NCBI GenBank assembly: GCA_965219575.1
Contig: OZ244779.1
Location: forward strand, 1,004,769 to 1,068,768
DNA: 64,000 bases
DNA from: Candidatus Oxydemutatoraceae bacterium
Lineage (GTDB): Bacteria > Pseudomonadota > Gammaproteobacteria > Poriferisulfidales > Oxydemutatoraceae
Direction: 5' to 3'
Shown here: positions 30,874-40,851 of the stretch, in pieces
Layout: every line of letters begins with the position of its first letter
Position numbering within the stretch: position 1 is the first letter of the stretch
Notes under the pieces: model-generated
Told to the model about the DNA's origin: nothing
The model's database searches: none
What the model saw: the letters and a program-made list of their open reading frames with translations, nothing else
Program-made: the position numbers and the translations under genes

Positions 30874-32603
30874 AATTCGGCTATGCGCGCCGGGTCGGAA
30901 TGTGTTCGCATCCGCTGATATTTACGCTGTAGACCACCGACATCGCTGTCCATAATAATTTGTTTGATTTCAAGTAAGTTATTCGGGTGTACGCTAAATT
31001 CTCTCAATCCCATCGCCAACAGCAGCGTTGTATAACGGCTATCGCCTGCCATCTCTCCGCACATTGCTACCGGCACATTCAATCGCCGCCCGGCATCCAA
31101 AACGATCGATATCAAGTTGAGCACACCGGGGTGTAGCGGATTATACAAGTAGTTGACCTCTTCGTCTATGCGATCTATCGCCAACGCGTATTGAATCAAA
31201 TCGTTCGTGCCTATGGATAGGAAATCGAGCTTACGAGCGAAGGCCTCGGCGGCGAGTGCCGCAGCCGGTACTTCTATCATCCCACCTATTTTGATGTTCT
31301 GCTTGAAACGTCTTTTTTTATCCCTCAATTGCCGTTGCGCCGATTTATAAAATGCCATAATTTGTTCCAACTCGTCGATGCTGGTTAGCATAGGAATCAA
31401 AATGCGCACTTCTCCGTAAACTGAGGCGCGCAATATCGCTCGCAACTGCTGCAAAAACAAATCGGGATTTTTCAACGAGCGACGGATCGCACGCAAACCC
31501 AAAGCCGGATTGGGTGCCATCGGTCCCTCGTAATCCGGATCGAATTCTTTTTCGGCACCCAAATCCAAGGTGCGTATCGTCACCGGCCTATCGGCGGCAA
31601 CCCGCAATATCTTTTTATAAGCGGTGAAATGTTCCTCTTCTCCCACCTCTTTATAGCGGTCTGTATAAAGAAATTCGGTGCGATACAAACCCACACCCTC
31701 GGCACCGCTATGCTTAAAAGCGCGTACCTCCTCGCTCAACTCTATATTGGTCATCAGCTTGATATCGACACCGTCGCGGCTACGGGTCGGTTTGTTCTTC
31801 AACACCGCCAGCTGCTTTTGATGCGCTTTATCGGCTTTAATTTTTTGTTGATACAACTGTATCGTTTGCTTATCGGCACCTGCGATTAGTGCACCGGTGT
31901 TCCCGTCTATGATGACGGTTTCGTTTTCGCAGAGTAGATTGCGTACATTCGCTACGGCAACGATTGCCGGTATACCCAAGCTACGCGCCAAAATCGCAGT
32001 GTGCGAGGTTGTGCCACCGTATTCGGTTACAAAACCACCTATCTTTTGATGTTCGAACATGATGGTGTCGGCGGGTGCCAAATCGTCCGAGACTATAATA
32101 TAACCTTTGAGTTGCTTCGTCTGTTTGTCACCGGTCTGCTTGCCGTCTTTGTCGACGACTTTATCCTTCTCCAGCGCGGTTTGTATCAAGCGGATGATAT
32201 GCTCTACATCGTTGCGTCTGGTCTTTAGATAACTATCTTGCATTGCGTCGAAGATTTGAACCAACTTATTCTTTTGTATATCGAGAGCCCACTCGGCATT
32301 GCATAATTGCTCTCTTATAATCTGTATCGGAGCTTGCTTCAGAGGTACATCGGCTATCATCAATAAATGCGAGTCTATGAATGTAGCGATTTCCTCGGGC
32401 GCATCACCGGGAATCAGTTTTCTAACATTCTTCAAGTGCGCCACCGCAAGTTTGTGCGCTCTATTGAAACGAGCGATTTCCGACCGTACTCGACTTTTGC
32501 TTATCTTATAATGGGTAATCTCACCTTCACCGTGCTCGAACAGATGTACCGGACCTATGCCTATGCCTTTAGACACACCGCTACCGTTCAACAACATCGC
32601 CAT
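30864..32603 (-). CDS. ptsI: PEP-protein phosphotransferase (enzyme I)
   Basis: GGTTSHTAILAR, GVGLYRTEF, IRTLDLG, SIGTNDLIQY, MCGEMAGD; ATG 32603 follows ptsH stop. Confidence 0.96.
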   Translation of the reverse strand: MAMLLNGSGVSKGIGIGPVHLFEHGEGEITHYKISKSRVRSEIARFNRAHKLAVAHLKNVRKLIPGDAPEEIATFIDSHLLMIADVPLKQAPIQIIREQLCNAEWALDIQKNKLVQIFDAMQDSYLKTRRNDVEHIIRLIQTALEKDKVVDKDGKQTGDKQTKQLKGYIIVSDDLAPADTIMFEHQKIGGFVTEYGGTTSHTAILARSLGIPAIVAVANVRNLLCENETVIIDGNTGALIAGADKQTIQLYQQKIKADKAHQKQLAVLKNKPTRSRDGVDIKLMTNIELSEEVRAFKHSGAEGVGLYRTEFLYTDRYKEVGEEEHFTAYKKILRVAADRPVTIRTLDLGAEKEFDPDYEGPMAPNPALGLRAIRRSLKNPDLFLQQLRAILRASVYGEVRILIPMLTSIDELEQIMAFYKSAQRQLRDKKRRFKQNIKIGGMIEVPAAALAAEAFARKLDFLSIGTNDLIQYALAIDRIDEEVNYLYNPLHPGVLNLISIVLDAGRRLNVPVAMCGEMAGDSRYTTLLLAMGLREFSVHPNNLLEIKQIIMDSDVGGLQRKYQRMRTHSDPARIAEFCS

Positions 32604-32605
32604 GT

Positions 32606-32875
32606 TTATTCCTCCTCCCCGAAACGGTCGTTTATAAGTTTGCAAAGCCCGTTTGCCGCTTCTTCTTCGTCCTCGCCGTTTATGGTCAGCAACAGCGGCG
32701 TGTCTTTTGCCGCAGCCAACATAATAACGCCCATGATGCTCTTGCCGTTGACCGTTTGATCGTCTTTGCTTATCTTTATATCGCTTGCGAAGCTCGACGC
32801 AAGTGAAACAAACTTCGCCGCAGCTCGGGCATGCAACCCCAGCTTATTGATAATTGTAGCCTCGAGCTTCACCAC
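32606..32875 (-). CDS. ptsH: HPr-family phosphocarrier
   Basis: NKLGLHARAAAK, NGKSIMG. Confidence 0.93.
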   Translation of the reverse strand: MVKLEATIINKLGLHARAAAKFVSLASSFASDIKISKDDQTVNGKSIMGVIMLAAAKDTPLLLTINGEDEEEAANGLCKLINDRFGEEE

Positions 32876-33255
32876 GGTCGTACCACGCTATCGCGCCCCC
32901 CTTCGTATGCTTTCCGGGCAAGTGCTTCGCCTTCCAAATAATCATAATTCAGCACTTTGAGTAACATCGCTAGATTGAGTCCGCCCACCAACCATCTATT
33001 CGCATCACCGTGAAACTGCATCGCAATATTAGAGGGCGTTGCACCGTACAAGTCGGTCAATAGCAACACACCGGAGCCTTGATCGAGTTCCGCACAATAT
33101 CGCTTTAACCCGATAACTTCGTTCTCCGGCACGCAGTCGTACGATACCGCATAAACGCTTATACGAGTAGACGAAGACGGCATCAATCTTTCGGCGGTCG
33201 CCGCAAGACTATCACCGATACCGTTATGGGTAAGCAATAAAATAGAAGTTGCCAT
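32869..33255 (-). CDS. PTS EIIA mannose-type protein
   Basis: LLLTH, LLTDLYGATPSN, GLNLAML. Confidence 0.92.
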   Translation of the reverse strand: MATSILLLTHNGIGDSLAATAERLMPSSSTRISVYAVSYDCVPENEVIGLKRYCAELDQGSGVLLLTDLYGATPSNIAMQFHGDANRWLVGGLNLAMLLKVLNYDYLEGEALARKAYEGGRDSVVRPW

Positions 33256-33288
33256 CGTCTTATTTACACCGTGCGAGTCGAGACATCG

Positions 33289-34149
33289 CTATATATCTCT
33301 ATGCTCTTTATTGATATCGTATTCGGGCTTCTCTTCGGATAACTTTAGATAGAGTTTTTCTACCATATACACCGAACGATGGCGCCCACCGGTACATCCC
33401 ACGGATACCGTAAAATAAGAACGTATGTCGGATTCGTAGTACGGTATCCATTTTTCCAAAAAAGCAAAAACATCGTCGAATAACTCTATGCTCTTGGGCG
33501 ACTTATCCAGGAAAGCTCGCACCTCCGAATCAGTGCCCAAGTGCCGTCTCAATTCGGGTATCCAATACGGATTTGCCAAACAACGCACATCAAAAATATA
33601 GTCCGAGTTTGAAGGAACACCTTTTTTGTAACCGAAAGACTTCAGTAGTATAGAGAGTGGCACTTTATTTAATTCTAGCTGCTTGGCGACGATGTCACGC
33701 AATTCGTATTGGTTCATGCTCGTGGTATCTATACAAATACCGGCGCACGAGGCAATCTTGTCGAGCAGGTTCGTCTCGGTTTTTATGCAGGCTTTCAACG
33801 GCTTGCTCTCGTATATAGACAACGGGTGCGGACGACGCGTCTCGTTATAGCGATGCTCCAATACCTCCTCGGATGCTCTTAAAAAAATGAGTTTTGTATC
33901 AAACCCGGCATTTTCCAACCGTTCCAGTATCAATTTAATATCGGTGGATTGGGTGATTAAGTTGCGGGTATCTATGCTGACTGCGATTCTATCGCCGAGT
34001 TTGATTTGCTCGGCGAGCAAGCGCTTAGTCAGTTCGTCGAGAAATTCCAAAGGCATGTTGTCTATGCAGTAAAAGTGATGGTCTTCCAGAGTCTGCAATG
34101 TCACCGACTTGCCGGCACCCGATAGACCGCCGACGATAACAAATCTCAT
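33289..34149 (-). CDS. rapZ: RNase adapter RapZ
   Basis: GLSGAGKS, ETRRPHPL, SFGYK, DVRCL.NPYW, GCTGGRHRSV. Confidence 0.97.
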   Translation of the reverse strand: MRFVIVGGLSGAGKSVTLQTLEDHHFYCIDNMPLEFLDELTKRLLAEQIKLGDRIAVSIDTRNLITQSTDIKLILERLENAGFDTKLIFLRASEEVLEHRYNETRRPHPLSIYESKPLKACIKTETNLLDKIASCAGICIDTTSMNQYELRDIVAKQLELNKVPLSILLKSFGYKKGVPSNSDYIFDVRCLANPYWIPELRRHLGTDSEVRAFLDKSPKSIELFDDVFAFLEKWIPYYESDIRSYFTVSVGCTGGRHRSVYMVEKLYLKLSEEKPEYDINKEHRDI

Positions 34150-35090
34150 CGACCGGCATCCATATAGTTTCTTTGCCGAGCGGCGATTTCCTCTTCGGCG
34201 TAGTAGCCACCGACACGAAGAATATGATTTCTTGCTGCTGCTTCAACCAACACGGCTAGGTTGCGCCCCGGCGCAACCGGCAAGGTGAAAACCGGAATCT
34301 CCAGACCGAGTACGTTCATCGTACGTTGTGCACTTTTTAGGCGGTCTTTATTGACGCTCGGGTCTTTGCCGGCAAATTTAAGATCTATAATCTGACGCAG
34401 ATATTTAGTTTCTTTGACCGCGCTGTTGCCGTACATTTGGCGAATGTTCAAAATACCCAAACCGCGCACCTCCAAAAAATCTTGGATCGTCGGCGGGGCG
34501 GTGCCTTGTACGATATCGGGTGCGATACGAGTGAACACCGGCGAATCGTCGGCTATTAGACGGTGTCCTCGGGTAATCAATTCCAATGCAAGTTCGCTCT
34601 TCCCTACCCCGCTATCGCCGCTAAGCAATACGCCGATGCTGATGACTTCCATGAATACACCGTGCATCGTTAATTTTTCGGCAAGTGTTCGAGATAAATA
34701 ATAGCGCAAATCATCGACTAAGGGTTCTCCACCCAGCGAGGAAATAAATAAGGCGATATTTCGTCTGTCTGCTAAGGCTTGTATATCCGGCATGGGTTTC
34801 TGTGCATTACTGACGAGTACCGCCAAACAAGTCTCGCTGAATAAATTATGTAATGCGTTGTCCAACACACTACCCTTCAACGACTCTAGATACGCCATCT
34901 CGGCATTATCCAATATATGTACCTGACTCGAATGTATAGGATTGAAATAACCTACGATATCAACGGGCTGATTTTCTCCGTGCTTGATGAAACGTTTATC
35001 GGCGGACCCTCGTCCTGCAACCCACTGCAGTTGTAGCTGATCCTTCAGATGGTCGAATAGTTCGCCGACCGTAGGGATATTCGCACTCAT
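34146..35090 (-). CDS. hprK: HPr(Ser) kinase/phosphorylase
   Basis: HGV, GDSGVGKSELALEL..RGHRLIADD, LEVRGLGI, PGRNLA. Confidence 0.98.
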   Translation of the reverse strand: MSANIPTVGELFDHLKDQLQLQWVAGRGSADKRFIKHGENQPVDIVGYFNPIHSSQVHILDNAEMAYLESLKGSVLDNALHNLFSETCLAVLVSNAQKPMPDIQALADRRNIALFISSLGGEPLVDDLRYYLSRTLAEKLTMHGVFMEVISIGVLLSGDSGVGKSELALELITRGHRLIADDSPVFTRIAPDIVQGTAPPTIQDFLEVRGLGILNIRQMYGNSAVKETKYLRQIIDLKFAGKDPSVNKDRLKSAQRTMNVLGLEIPVFTLPVAPGRNLAVLVEAAARNHILRVGGYYAEEEIAARQRNYMDAGR

Positions 35091-35536
35091 GAGACGGGCA
35101 TCTTGAGACGATGCAATAAATCGGATTCATTTTTTGCCGACAATAGTTCGTTCACATTAGCCGTCTCGTTAAAATGGCTTGCTAGGCTTGCCAAAATATC
35201 CAAATGCTGTTGTGTTGCATCCGACGGAAAAAGCAAAGCAAATATGAGTTTCACCGGCAACCCATCGGGTGCTTCGTAATCTACCCCTTGCGATACTCGC
35301 AATAATGCCACGATCGGATTGCTCAAACCATCGATGCGGCAATGCGGAATCGCAACTCCTTTGCCTATCGCAGTACTACCCAACTGCTCGCGCTCGAATA
35401 GACTTGCCAGTACGACATGGGGGTCTAGCGGCGTAGATTGACACACCATCTCGGACAATATCACCAAAGATTTCTTTTTGGTTGCCGAGACTATCAGTCT
35501 TATGTGTTCCGAATCTAGATAATCGCTAAAATTCAT
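35087..35536 (-). CDS. ptsN: PTS EIIA-Ntr-type protein
   Basis: ERE.LGSTAIG.GVAIPH; lies between hpf and hprK. Confidence 0.9.
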   Translation of the reverse strand: MNFSDYLDSEHIRLIVSATKKKSLVILSEMVCQSTPLDPHVVLASLFEREQLGSTAIGKGVAIPHCRIDGLSNPIVALLRVSQGVDYEAPDGLPVKLIFALLFPSDATQQHLDILASLASHFNETANVNELLSAKNESDLLHRLKMPVS

Positions 35537-35538
35537 TG

Positions 35539-35868
35539 CTATCTTTTAGCTTTGATATTATGATGCACAACTTCTTTGGAGTGGTGGTCTCTTAATTTTT
35601 CCTTATGTTTGACTATTTGACGATTGAGCTTAGGAATAAGCCTATCTATCGTCGTGTACATATCGTCGGATTTGGCACGAACAAAAAAATCGTGGTGGCT
35701 GGCATGCACGGTTATCTCCGCAATATGCAAATTTTTCTCTATCTTTAGTACGACATGTGCGGTCACCAGATGGTCGAAGTGTTTGCGTATTTTCTCTAAT
35801 TTTTCGTTGATATGCGTTTCTATAGGTTTTGTAACATCAAAACCTTGTCCGAATATTTGAATTTCCAT
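35539..35868 (-). CDS. hpf: ribosome hibernation promoting factor (RaiA/HPF)
   Basis: EKL.KI..HFD, DMY..ID.L..KL.RQ..KHKEK. Confidence 0.93.
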   Translation of the reverse strand: MEIQIFGQGFDVTKPIETHINEKLEKIRKHFDHLVTAHVVLKIEKNLHIAEITVHASHHDFFVRAKSDDMYTTIDRLIPKLNRQIVKHKEKLRDHHSKEVVHHNIKAKR

Positions 35869-35991
35869 AGATTTCTCCTTGTTTGGCTTCGTATTTTATC
35901 TAAATGCAGTAGGCTTAGTCTATAATACATCTTCCAACACGATTACGATTGATTACTTATTTTATCACTATGCCCGACCGAGGCGCACCCG

Positions 35992-36501
35992 ATGAATAAA
36001 GAAATTATAGAAAAAGCCTCGCAAATAAAACTGGTAGCCTTTGATGTAGACGGTGTATTGACCGACGGCAGACTCATATGGACCAACGAAGGCGGAGAGG
36101 CTAGAAGTTTTGATGTCAAAGACGGAACCGGCATACGCTTATTGCTCGCCCACCGCATAGAAGTTGCGGTAATCAGTGCGCGAAAATCTATCATCGTCGA
36201 AAACAGAATGAAAGATCTCGGTGTCAAGCATGTATTTCAGGGCTGTTTTGATAAAAAATCGATTCTGGATGCCCTGATCGTCATGTTGGATATCACCCTG
36301 CAGCAGGTTGCTTATACGGGCGACGATTTTATAGACTTGCCGGCGATGAACTCGGTGGGTCTTGCCTTAGCTCCTGCCGACTCGCACGAAACAGTCAGGC
36401 AACAAGCCGACTGGATCACTTCAGCGGACGGTGGACGCGGTGCTGCGCGTCAAGTCTGCGACCTTATCCTCAAAGCGCAAAGCCTCGGTCCGTATGAATA
36501 G
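35992..36501 (+). CDS. kdsC: KDO-8-phosphate phosphatase (HAD family)
   Basis: FDVDGVLTDG, FDVKDG, GDDFIDL, GGRGAAR. Confidence 0.92.
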   Translation: MNKEIIEKASQIKLVAFDVDGVLTDGRLIWTNEGGEARSFDVKDGTGIRLLLAHRIEVAVISARKSIIVENRMKDLGVKHVFQGCFDKKSILDALIVMLDITLQQVAYTGDDFIDLPAMNSVGLALAPADSHETVRQQADWITSADGGRGAARQVCDLILKAQSLGPYE

Positions 36502-36591
36502 ATGCCGACTATTAAAATAATTTTTTTATGCTATACATAGTACAATATGCGATTAAATTAAAGGCAGACCCGCGTCTGCCGATAGAGTTTC

Positions 36592-36662
36592 GGCTAGTTG
36601 GCAGAATGGTCATGCAGCGGCCTGCAAAGCCGTTTACGCCGGTTCGATTCCGGCACTAGCCT
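36592..36662 (+). tRNA. tRNA-Cys (GCA), CCA not encoded
   Basis: GGCTAGT/ACTAGCC acceptor stem, anticodon loop CTGCAAA, GGTTCGATTCC T-arm. Confidence 0.96.
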
Positions 36663-36697
36663 TTGCCGACAAAAAACACCGAAGCCCACGATTGCAT

Positions 36698-36786
36698 GCC
36701 CGGGTGGCGAAATTGGTAGACGCAAGGGACTTAAAATCCCTCGAGCAGTGATGCTCGTGCCGGTTCGACTCCGGCCCCGGGCACCA
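36698..36786 (+). tRNA. tRNA-Leu (TAA)
   Basis: GCCCGGG acceptor stem, CTTAAAA loop, long variable arm, GGTTCGACTCC, ends ACCA. Confidence 0.97.
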
Positions 36787-36820
36787 CCGAGAATACCCAC
36801 CGGATTCAGCAATACTAATT

Positions 36821-36949
36821 TCGCCTCGCCGAATATGACAAATAGCCGTATAAAGCTGTTATACACGGTGGTGTCGCAGAGGAAGATCATGTCGCCTCGT
36901 TGAATATGCCAAATAGCTGTATAAAGCTGTTATGCACGGGGGTGTCACA
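36821..36949 (-). repeat. 58-bp duplication of GT25 3' end (71-bp period) flanking an 11-bp IS3-end sequence
   Basis: 36821-36878 vs 36892-36949; GAGGAAGATCA at 36879-36889. Confidence 0.8.
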
Positions 36950-37851
36950 ATAGACAACCTGACCTCGTTGCGTTCGGCTAATGCCTTAGGAATGAAATCA
37001 ATATGTCCATGCTTATCGGTTAATGCTTCCTTTTTCCACTTTTCAGCCGTCTCTAATCTAAGCATATAACCCATACCTCCCTGACAATATTCGGGCAACT
37101 TACTCGCTATATAGTAGTTATCCGTAATGTGGTGCTTGAATGCCTTGTCGTGAGAGAAGGCAGCACCCATTTTGGATACATAATATTGCCAAAAAGCTTG
37201 TTTCTCTTGTACATTTTCAAAATTTATTACTACTCGATTTATATCAAAACTACTTTTGCGGACTATACTATACGGATATAAATGCCAATGGCGTTTAACG
37301 ATATTAAAAGCACATTGCATCGCTATCAAATGTTGCCTTAGACTCAACCGCGGCTTGTGCATATAATGTTTTATCAATTTCCGACACACGGAACGATATG
37401 ACTTATGTCTCATGATACTCACTAGAGTATTTATTAGTCTCCCGACACTATCCGAATGATTAGCGAGCATTAATATGTCCCAGGGAAATTGCTGCACATT
37501 ATTTAATATCTCGGGAAATACGGGGGATATATCGGTATCATCTTCTAATATACAGGCTAGCGGGATATTATTCTTTATCATCGAATTGTAGGCTTTAATG
37601 TGACTGAACAAAATTGCATACGGGGACCATGTAGATGACCATATAGATACATTTTTTTCTATGGCATCTTCGTTCATGCCGAATTCTCGGGCAACCTTGA
37701 GGCGGTAATCTTTAGAGAAAAAATCGCGCCCGTCAAATGCTTCTATAATTTGATATTTCAGATTCAGAGCATCGAGCTGTCTTTGTACGGATAATCTACG
37801 CTCCGGTACTCGCCTTAGACTGATTACATAAATAGGGATGTCGGTGCTCAT
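36859..37851 (-). CDS. glycosyltransferase family 25 (distant paralog of the array genes)
   Basis: IYVISLRR..ERR, AFDG, SHIK, CILEDD, WDIL, PPC..A.Y.YL.Y..RR shared with array copies. Confidence 0.88.
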   Translation of the reverse strand: MSTDIPIYVISLRRVPERRLSVQRQLDALNLKYQIIEAFDGRDFFSKDYRLKVAREFGMNEDAIEKNVSIWSSTWSPYAILFSHIKAYNSMIKNNIPLACILEDDTDISPVFPEILNNVQQFPWDILMLANHSDSVGRLINTLVSIMRHKSYRSVCRKLIKHYMHKPRLSLRQHLIAMQCAFNIVKRHWHLYPYSIVRKSSFDINRVVINFENVQEKQAFWQYYVSKMGAAFSHDKAFKHHITDNYYIASKLPEYCQGGMGYMLRLETAEKWKKEALTDKHGHIDFIPKALAERNEVRLSIVTPPCITALYSYLAYSTRRHDLPLRHHRV

Positions 37852-37908
37852 AAAAAATTAAAATTAGTAGATTGTTTTAGCAGCGACTTAAGTATGGTTT
37901 ATGATTAC

Positions 37909-38316
37909 CTAAGCAATGAGTGTGCAAACCACCGAACGTTTTTTAGCGTGGCTACGATGCTCCCACAAATAAATACCTTGCCATACACCGAGCATCAACC
38001 GTCCCGCTTGTACCGGTAGGTTTAATTCGCTCTTAGTAAGTACCGACCGTATATGCGCGGACATGTCGTCGGGACCTTCGGCGGTATGCCGATACAAAGG
38101 ATCTCCGTCAACCACCAGTCTACTCATAAAATTCTCCAAATCCGAATGAACGGTGGGATCGGCATTCTCGGTGATAACCAACGACGCACTGGTATGCCGA
38201 ACGAACAAATGACACAAGCCTTCGGCATCGGTAGGCAATAGATTCTGAACGTCGCGACTTAAGTCATATAACCCTTTGCCTTCGGTCTCGCACGATATAG
38301 TTCCTAAAAATGTCAT
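37909..38316 (-). CDS. yjbQ: YjbQ/UPF0047 family protein
   Basis: HTSASL.I.ENADP.V, H..EGPDDM.AHI, LG.WQGIYLWEHR; ATG 38316 (the longer ORF overlaps ispG). Confidence 0.93.
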   Translation of the reverse strand: MTFLGTISCETEGKGLYDLSRDVQNLLPTDAEGLCHLFVRHTSASLVITENADPTVHSDLENFMSRLVVDGDPLYRHTAEGPDDMSAHIRSVLTKSELNLPVQAGRLMLGVWQGIYLWEHRSHAKKRSVVCTLIA

Positions 38317-38374
38317 CTTATAATTGGCTGTCGTTGTATAATATCCGATACATTTTATACGAGTTGCGCTATAA

Positions 38375-39622
38375 ATGACACAAAACATAAAACTTCCCGC
38401 GATACATAGACGACGCACCGTGCCGGTGCAGGTTGCTAATATCACGATCGGTGGTACGGCACCTATCGTGGTGCAATCGATGACTGCCACCGACACCACC
38501 GACATTGAAGCAACCACTGCGGAAATTATAGAACTCGCACAGGCGGGATCGGAATTGGTGCGTATCACCGTCAATAACGAGGCGGCAGCCCGCGCAATTC
38601 CCGAAATCGTAGAAAAATTGGATGCCTCGGACAATCGTGTTCCGTTAGTAGGCGACTTCCATTACAACGGTCATAAACTAGTACGCAAATATCCCGAATG
38701 TATTGCACATCTGGACAAGCTACGCATCAACCCCGGTAATGTGGGACGCGGTGCTAAACACGACACGCAGTTTGCCGAAATGATAGAATACGCGTGTCTA
38801 CATCAAAAGCCCGTTCGCATCGGTGTGAATTGGGGAAGTTTGGATCAAGACCTGCTAAAAAGCAGACTAGACGATAATGCCAAATTACAAAACCCGCTAT
38901 CGTTGGACGAAATCACTTACAAGACGATGATCGAGTCGGCATTGCAAAGTGCCGAACGAGCCGAGAACTTAGGTTTAGCGCATAACGCAATCATCTTGTC
39001 GTGCAAACTCAGTGATTTGCAAGGTTTGGTTTGCGTGTACCGAATGCTCGCCAAACAATGCGATTATCCGCTTCATTTGGGTCTCACCGAAGCCGGTATG
39101 GGACGGCGTGGGACGGTTAACTCCAGTGCAGCGTTGGCAATCTTACTTCAGGAGGGCATCGGCGATACGATACGAGTTTCGCTCACCCCGAAACCCGGTG
39201 GCAGCCGTAGCGAAGAGGTACGCATTGCGCAAGATATTTTGCAAGCCCTCAAGTTACGCGCTTTTATCCCTTCGGTAATCGCCTGCCCCGGCTGTGGGCG
39301 CACGAGTAGCGATTATTTTCAGAAACTCGCATCCGAAATACAAAGCTACATACAGCAGAGAATGCCCGATTGGAAAACACAATACCCCGGTGCCGAAAAA
39401 ATGACCGTTGCGGTAATGGGATGCGTAGTCAACGGACCCGGGGAAAGTAAGCATGCGGATATAGGCATCAGCTTGCCGGGCAGCGGCGAACGTCCGGTAG
39501 CACCCGTTTATATAGACGGCAAACATGAACTGACTCTATCCGGCGATAGCTTGGTAGCCGACTTCAAGGCACTCATAGAAAGATATGTCGGAGAGAACCA
39601 CCGGAGCATCGGGACAAAGTAG
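38375..39622 (+). CDS. ispG: HMBPP synthase (GcpE)
   Basis: [46 protein letters not shown]. Confidence 0.98.
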   Translation: MTQNIKLPAIHRRRTVPVQVANITIGGTAPIVVQSMTATDTTDIEATTAEIIELAQAGSELVRITVNNEAAARAIPEIVEKLDASDNRVPLVGDFHYNGHKLVRKYPECIAHLDKLRINPGNVGRGAKHDTQFAEMIEYACLHQKPVRIGVNWGSLDQDLLKSRLDDNAKLQNPLSLDEITYKTMIESALQSAERAENLGLAHNAIILSCKLSDLQGLVCVYRMLAKQCDYPLHLGLTEAGMGRRGTVNSSAALAILLQEGIGDTIRVSLTPKPGGSRSEEVRIAQDILQALKLRAFIPSVIACPGCGRTSSDYFQKLASEIQSYIQQRMPDWKTQYPGAEKMTVAVMGCVVNGPGESKHADIGISLPGSGERPVAPVYIDGKHELTLSGDSLVADFKALIERYVGENHRSIGTK

Positions 39623-39646
39623 CCCCGCCGTTTGTCGCATAGAACC

Positions 39647-39673
39647 GCCGATTGAACCGGTAGGTCAATCGGA
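39647..39673 (-). repeat. family P palindrome (reverse), after ispG
   Basis: GCCGATTGAACCGGTAGGTCAATCGGA. Confidence 0.8.
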
Positions 39674-39695
39674 CGCAATTATCCGTTGATATTCT

Positions 39696-40648
39696 CTAGG
39701 TATTCCAATCGTATCCCGAGAAAAAATCATATTTTCCAATAAGCGATGCGATGTTGCGTTTTTTGTCTTTCGTCCAGTCATAGTCCATGCGACTCTTATG
39801 AACTTCTTTATTAACTACGGAGGCGCAATCATCCAGATAATCGGGAGAGACGGGTACTTGTAAAAAATCACAAATTTTAGCTAATTGTGAACGGGGGTTC
39901 GCAACCATATCTTCATGTTTAGACATAAATACATCCTGAGGGTCGCTGTTTTTAAGAATTTCCACATTTTTCTCACAAAGATCTAAAAGTATATCTGCAC
40001 TTTGCATTGTTGCGTATTTACCGTAAATGGTTCCTTTAGTATGCCACATGTCAACACTATATCTTTGCATCGTTGCGTATATATCGTAAGGATTACGGAT
40101 TGTGAAAATAAATTTTAGGCCTATATCTCTTTCCGCTAATTTTTTTCTTAGGTCTTTTAGCATAGAAACTTTGAAATCCTCTAAGTTCCATTCAGAGTCT
40201 TTGTTTCCTATGACTTTCAACTGTTTGAAAAGGCCTTGATACTGATTGGGAACTAAAATATACCTTGCTATTCTGTTTTCATAGGGACCTTTTCTGTGTG
40301 TTATGTATGTATGTATGTATGTATGTATGTATGTATGTATGTATGTATGTATGTATGTATGTATGTATCATTATTTTTATTATGATACATATTATGAAGT
40401 GACAGCATCTTTAAATCATGCTTTAAAAGCCGATCAAATATTCTGTTTAAGTCATTTATTCCGTGCTTTTGTATGTATTGAATAGGATAAAATGCCTCAT
40501 CGGCCATAACGATATTAGGATGTGCCGTCAGCAAATAACCTAGTAATGAACCACCTGATCTAGGAAAACCGAATGTTAACGGCATTATCCGGATATGCTT
40601 ATAAGGTTGTTTGTGATTTTTAGAGATATATTTGAAGAAAGTTCTCAT
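39696..40648 (-). pseudogene. PAPS-dependent sulfotransferase, frameshifted within an SSR (candidate phase-variable gene, OFF)
   Basis: 5' ORF has GFPRSGGSLL..LLTAHPNI (5'-PSB loop); 3' frame has FIFTIRNPYD (3'-PB) and HEDMVANP..L.KIC.FL; 3' frame is open back to the repeat. Confidence 0.88.
40302..40368 (-). repeat. tetranucleotide SSR (ATAC)16 + ATA on coding strand
   Basis: 67 bp of perfect TATG repeat on the plus strand. Confidence 0.98.
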
Positions 40649-40851
40649 GCTATCGCCTCTTCGGATATGCCGGAGGACTGATAGGCTAATAGACCGTGCG
40701 GGGGGATTTCATTATGACTTCTATGTTGATTTTTTATGGTCACTCTTGTATCGTTGGATTAAGTTTTTTTGACTTTTCTAGCTTATCGGAAAAACTCATT
40801 TTAGCATTAGATACTAAATTCGGGGAGAACGTCAGGTCAATCTACGAGATT

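Noticed and set aside
36821-36949. Possible DGR template/variable repeat pair at the GT25 3' end
   Set aside because: Mismatches involve T/C, C/A, C/T and G/T as well as A/G, so they are not adenine-specific; no reverse transcriptase in the window
36786-37851. Prophage or integrative island at tRNA-Leu
   Set aside because: No integrase and no duplicated tRNA 3' end seen; only a single AT-rich gene
40303-40485. ORF with MYVC repeats
   Set aside because: Antisense translation of the TATG microsatellite
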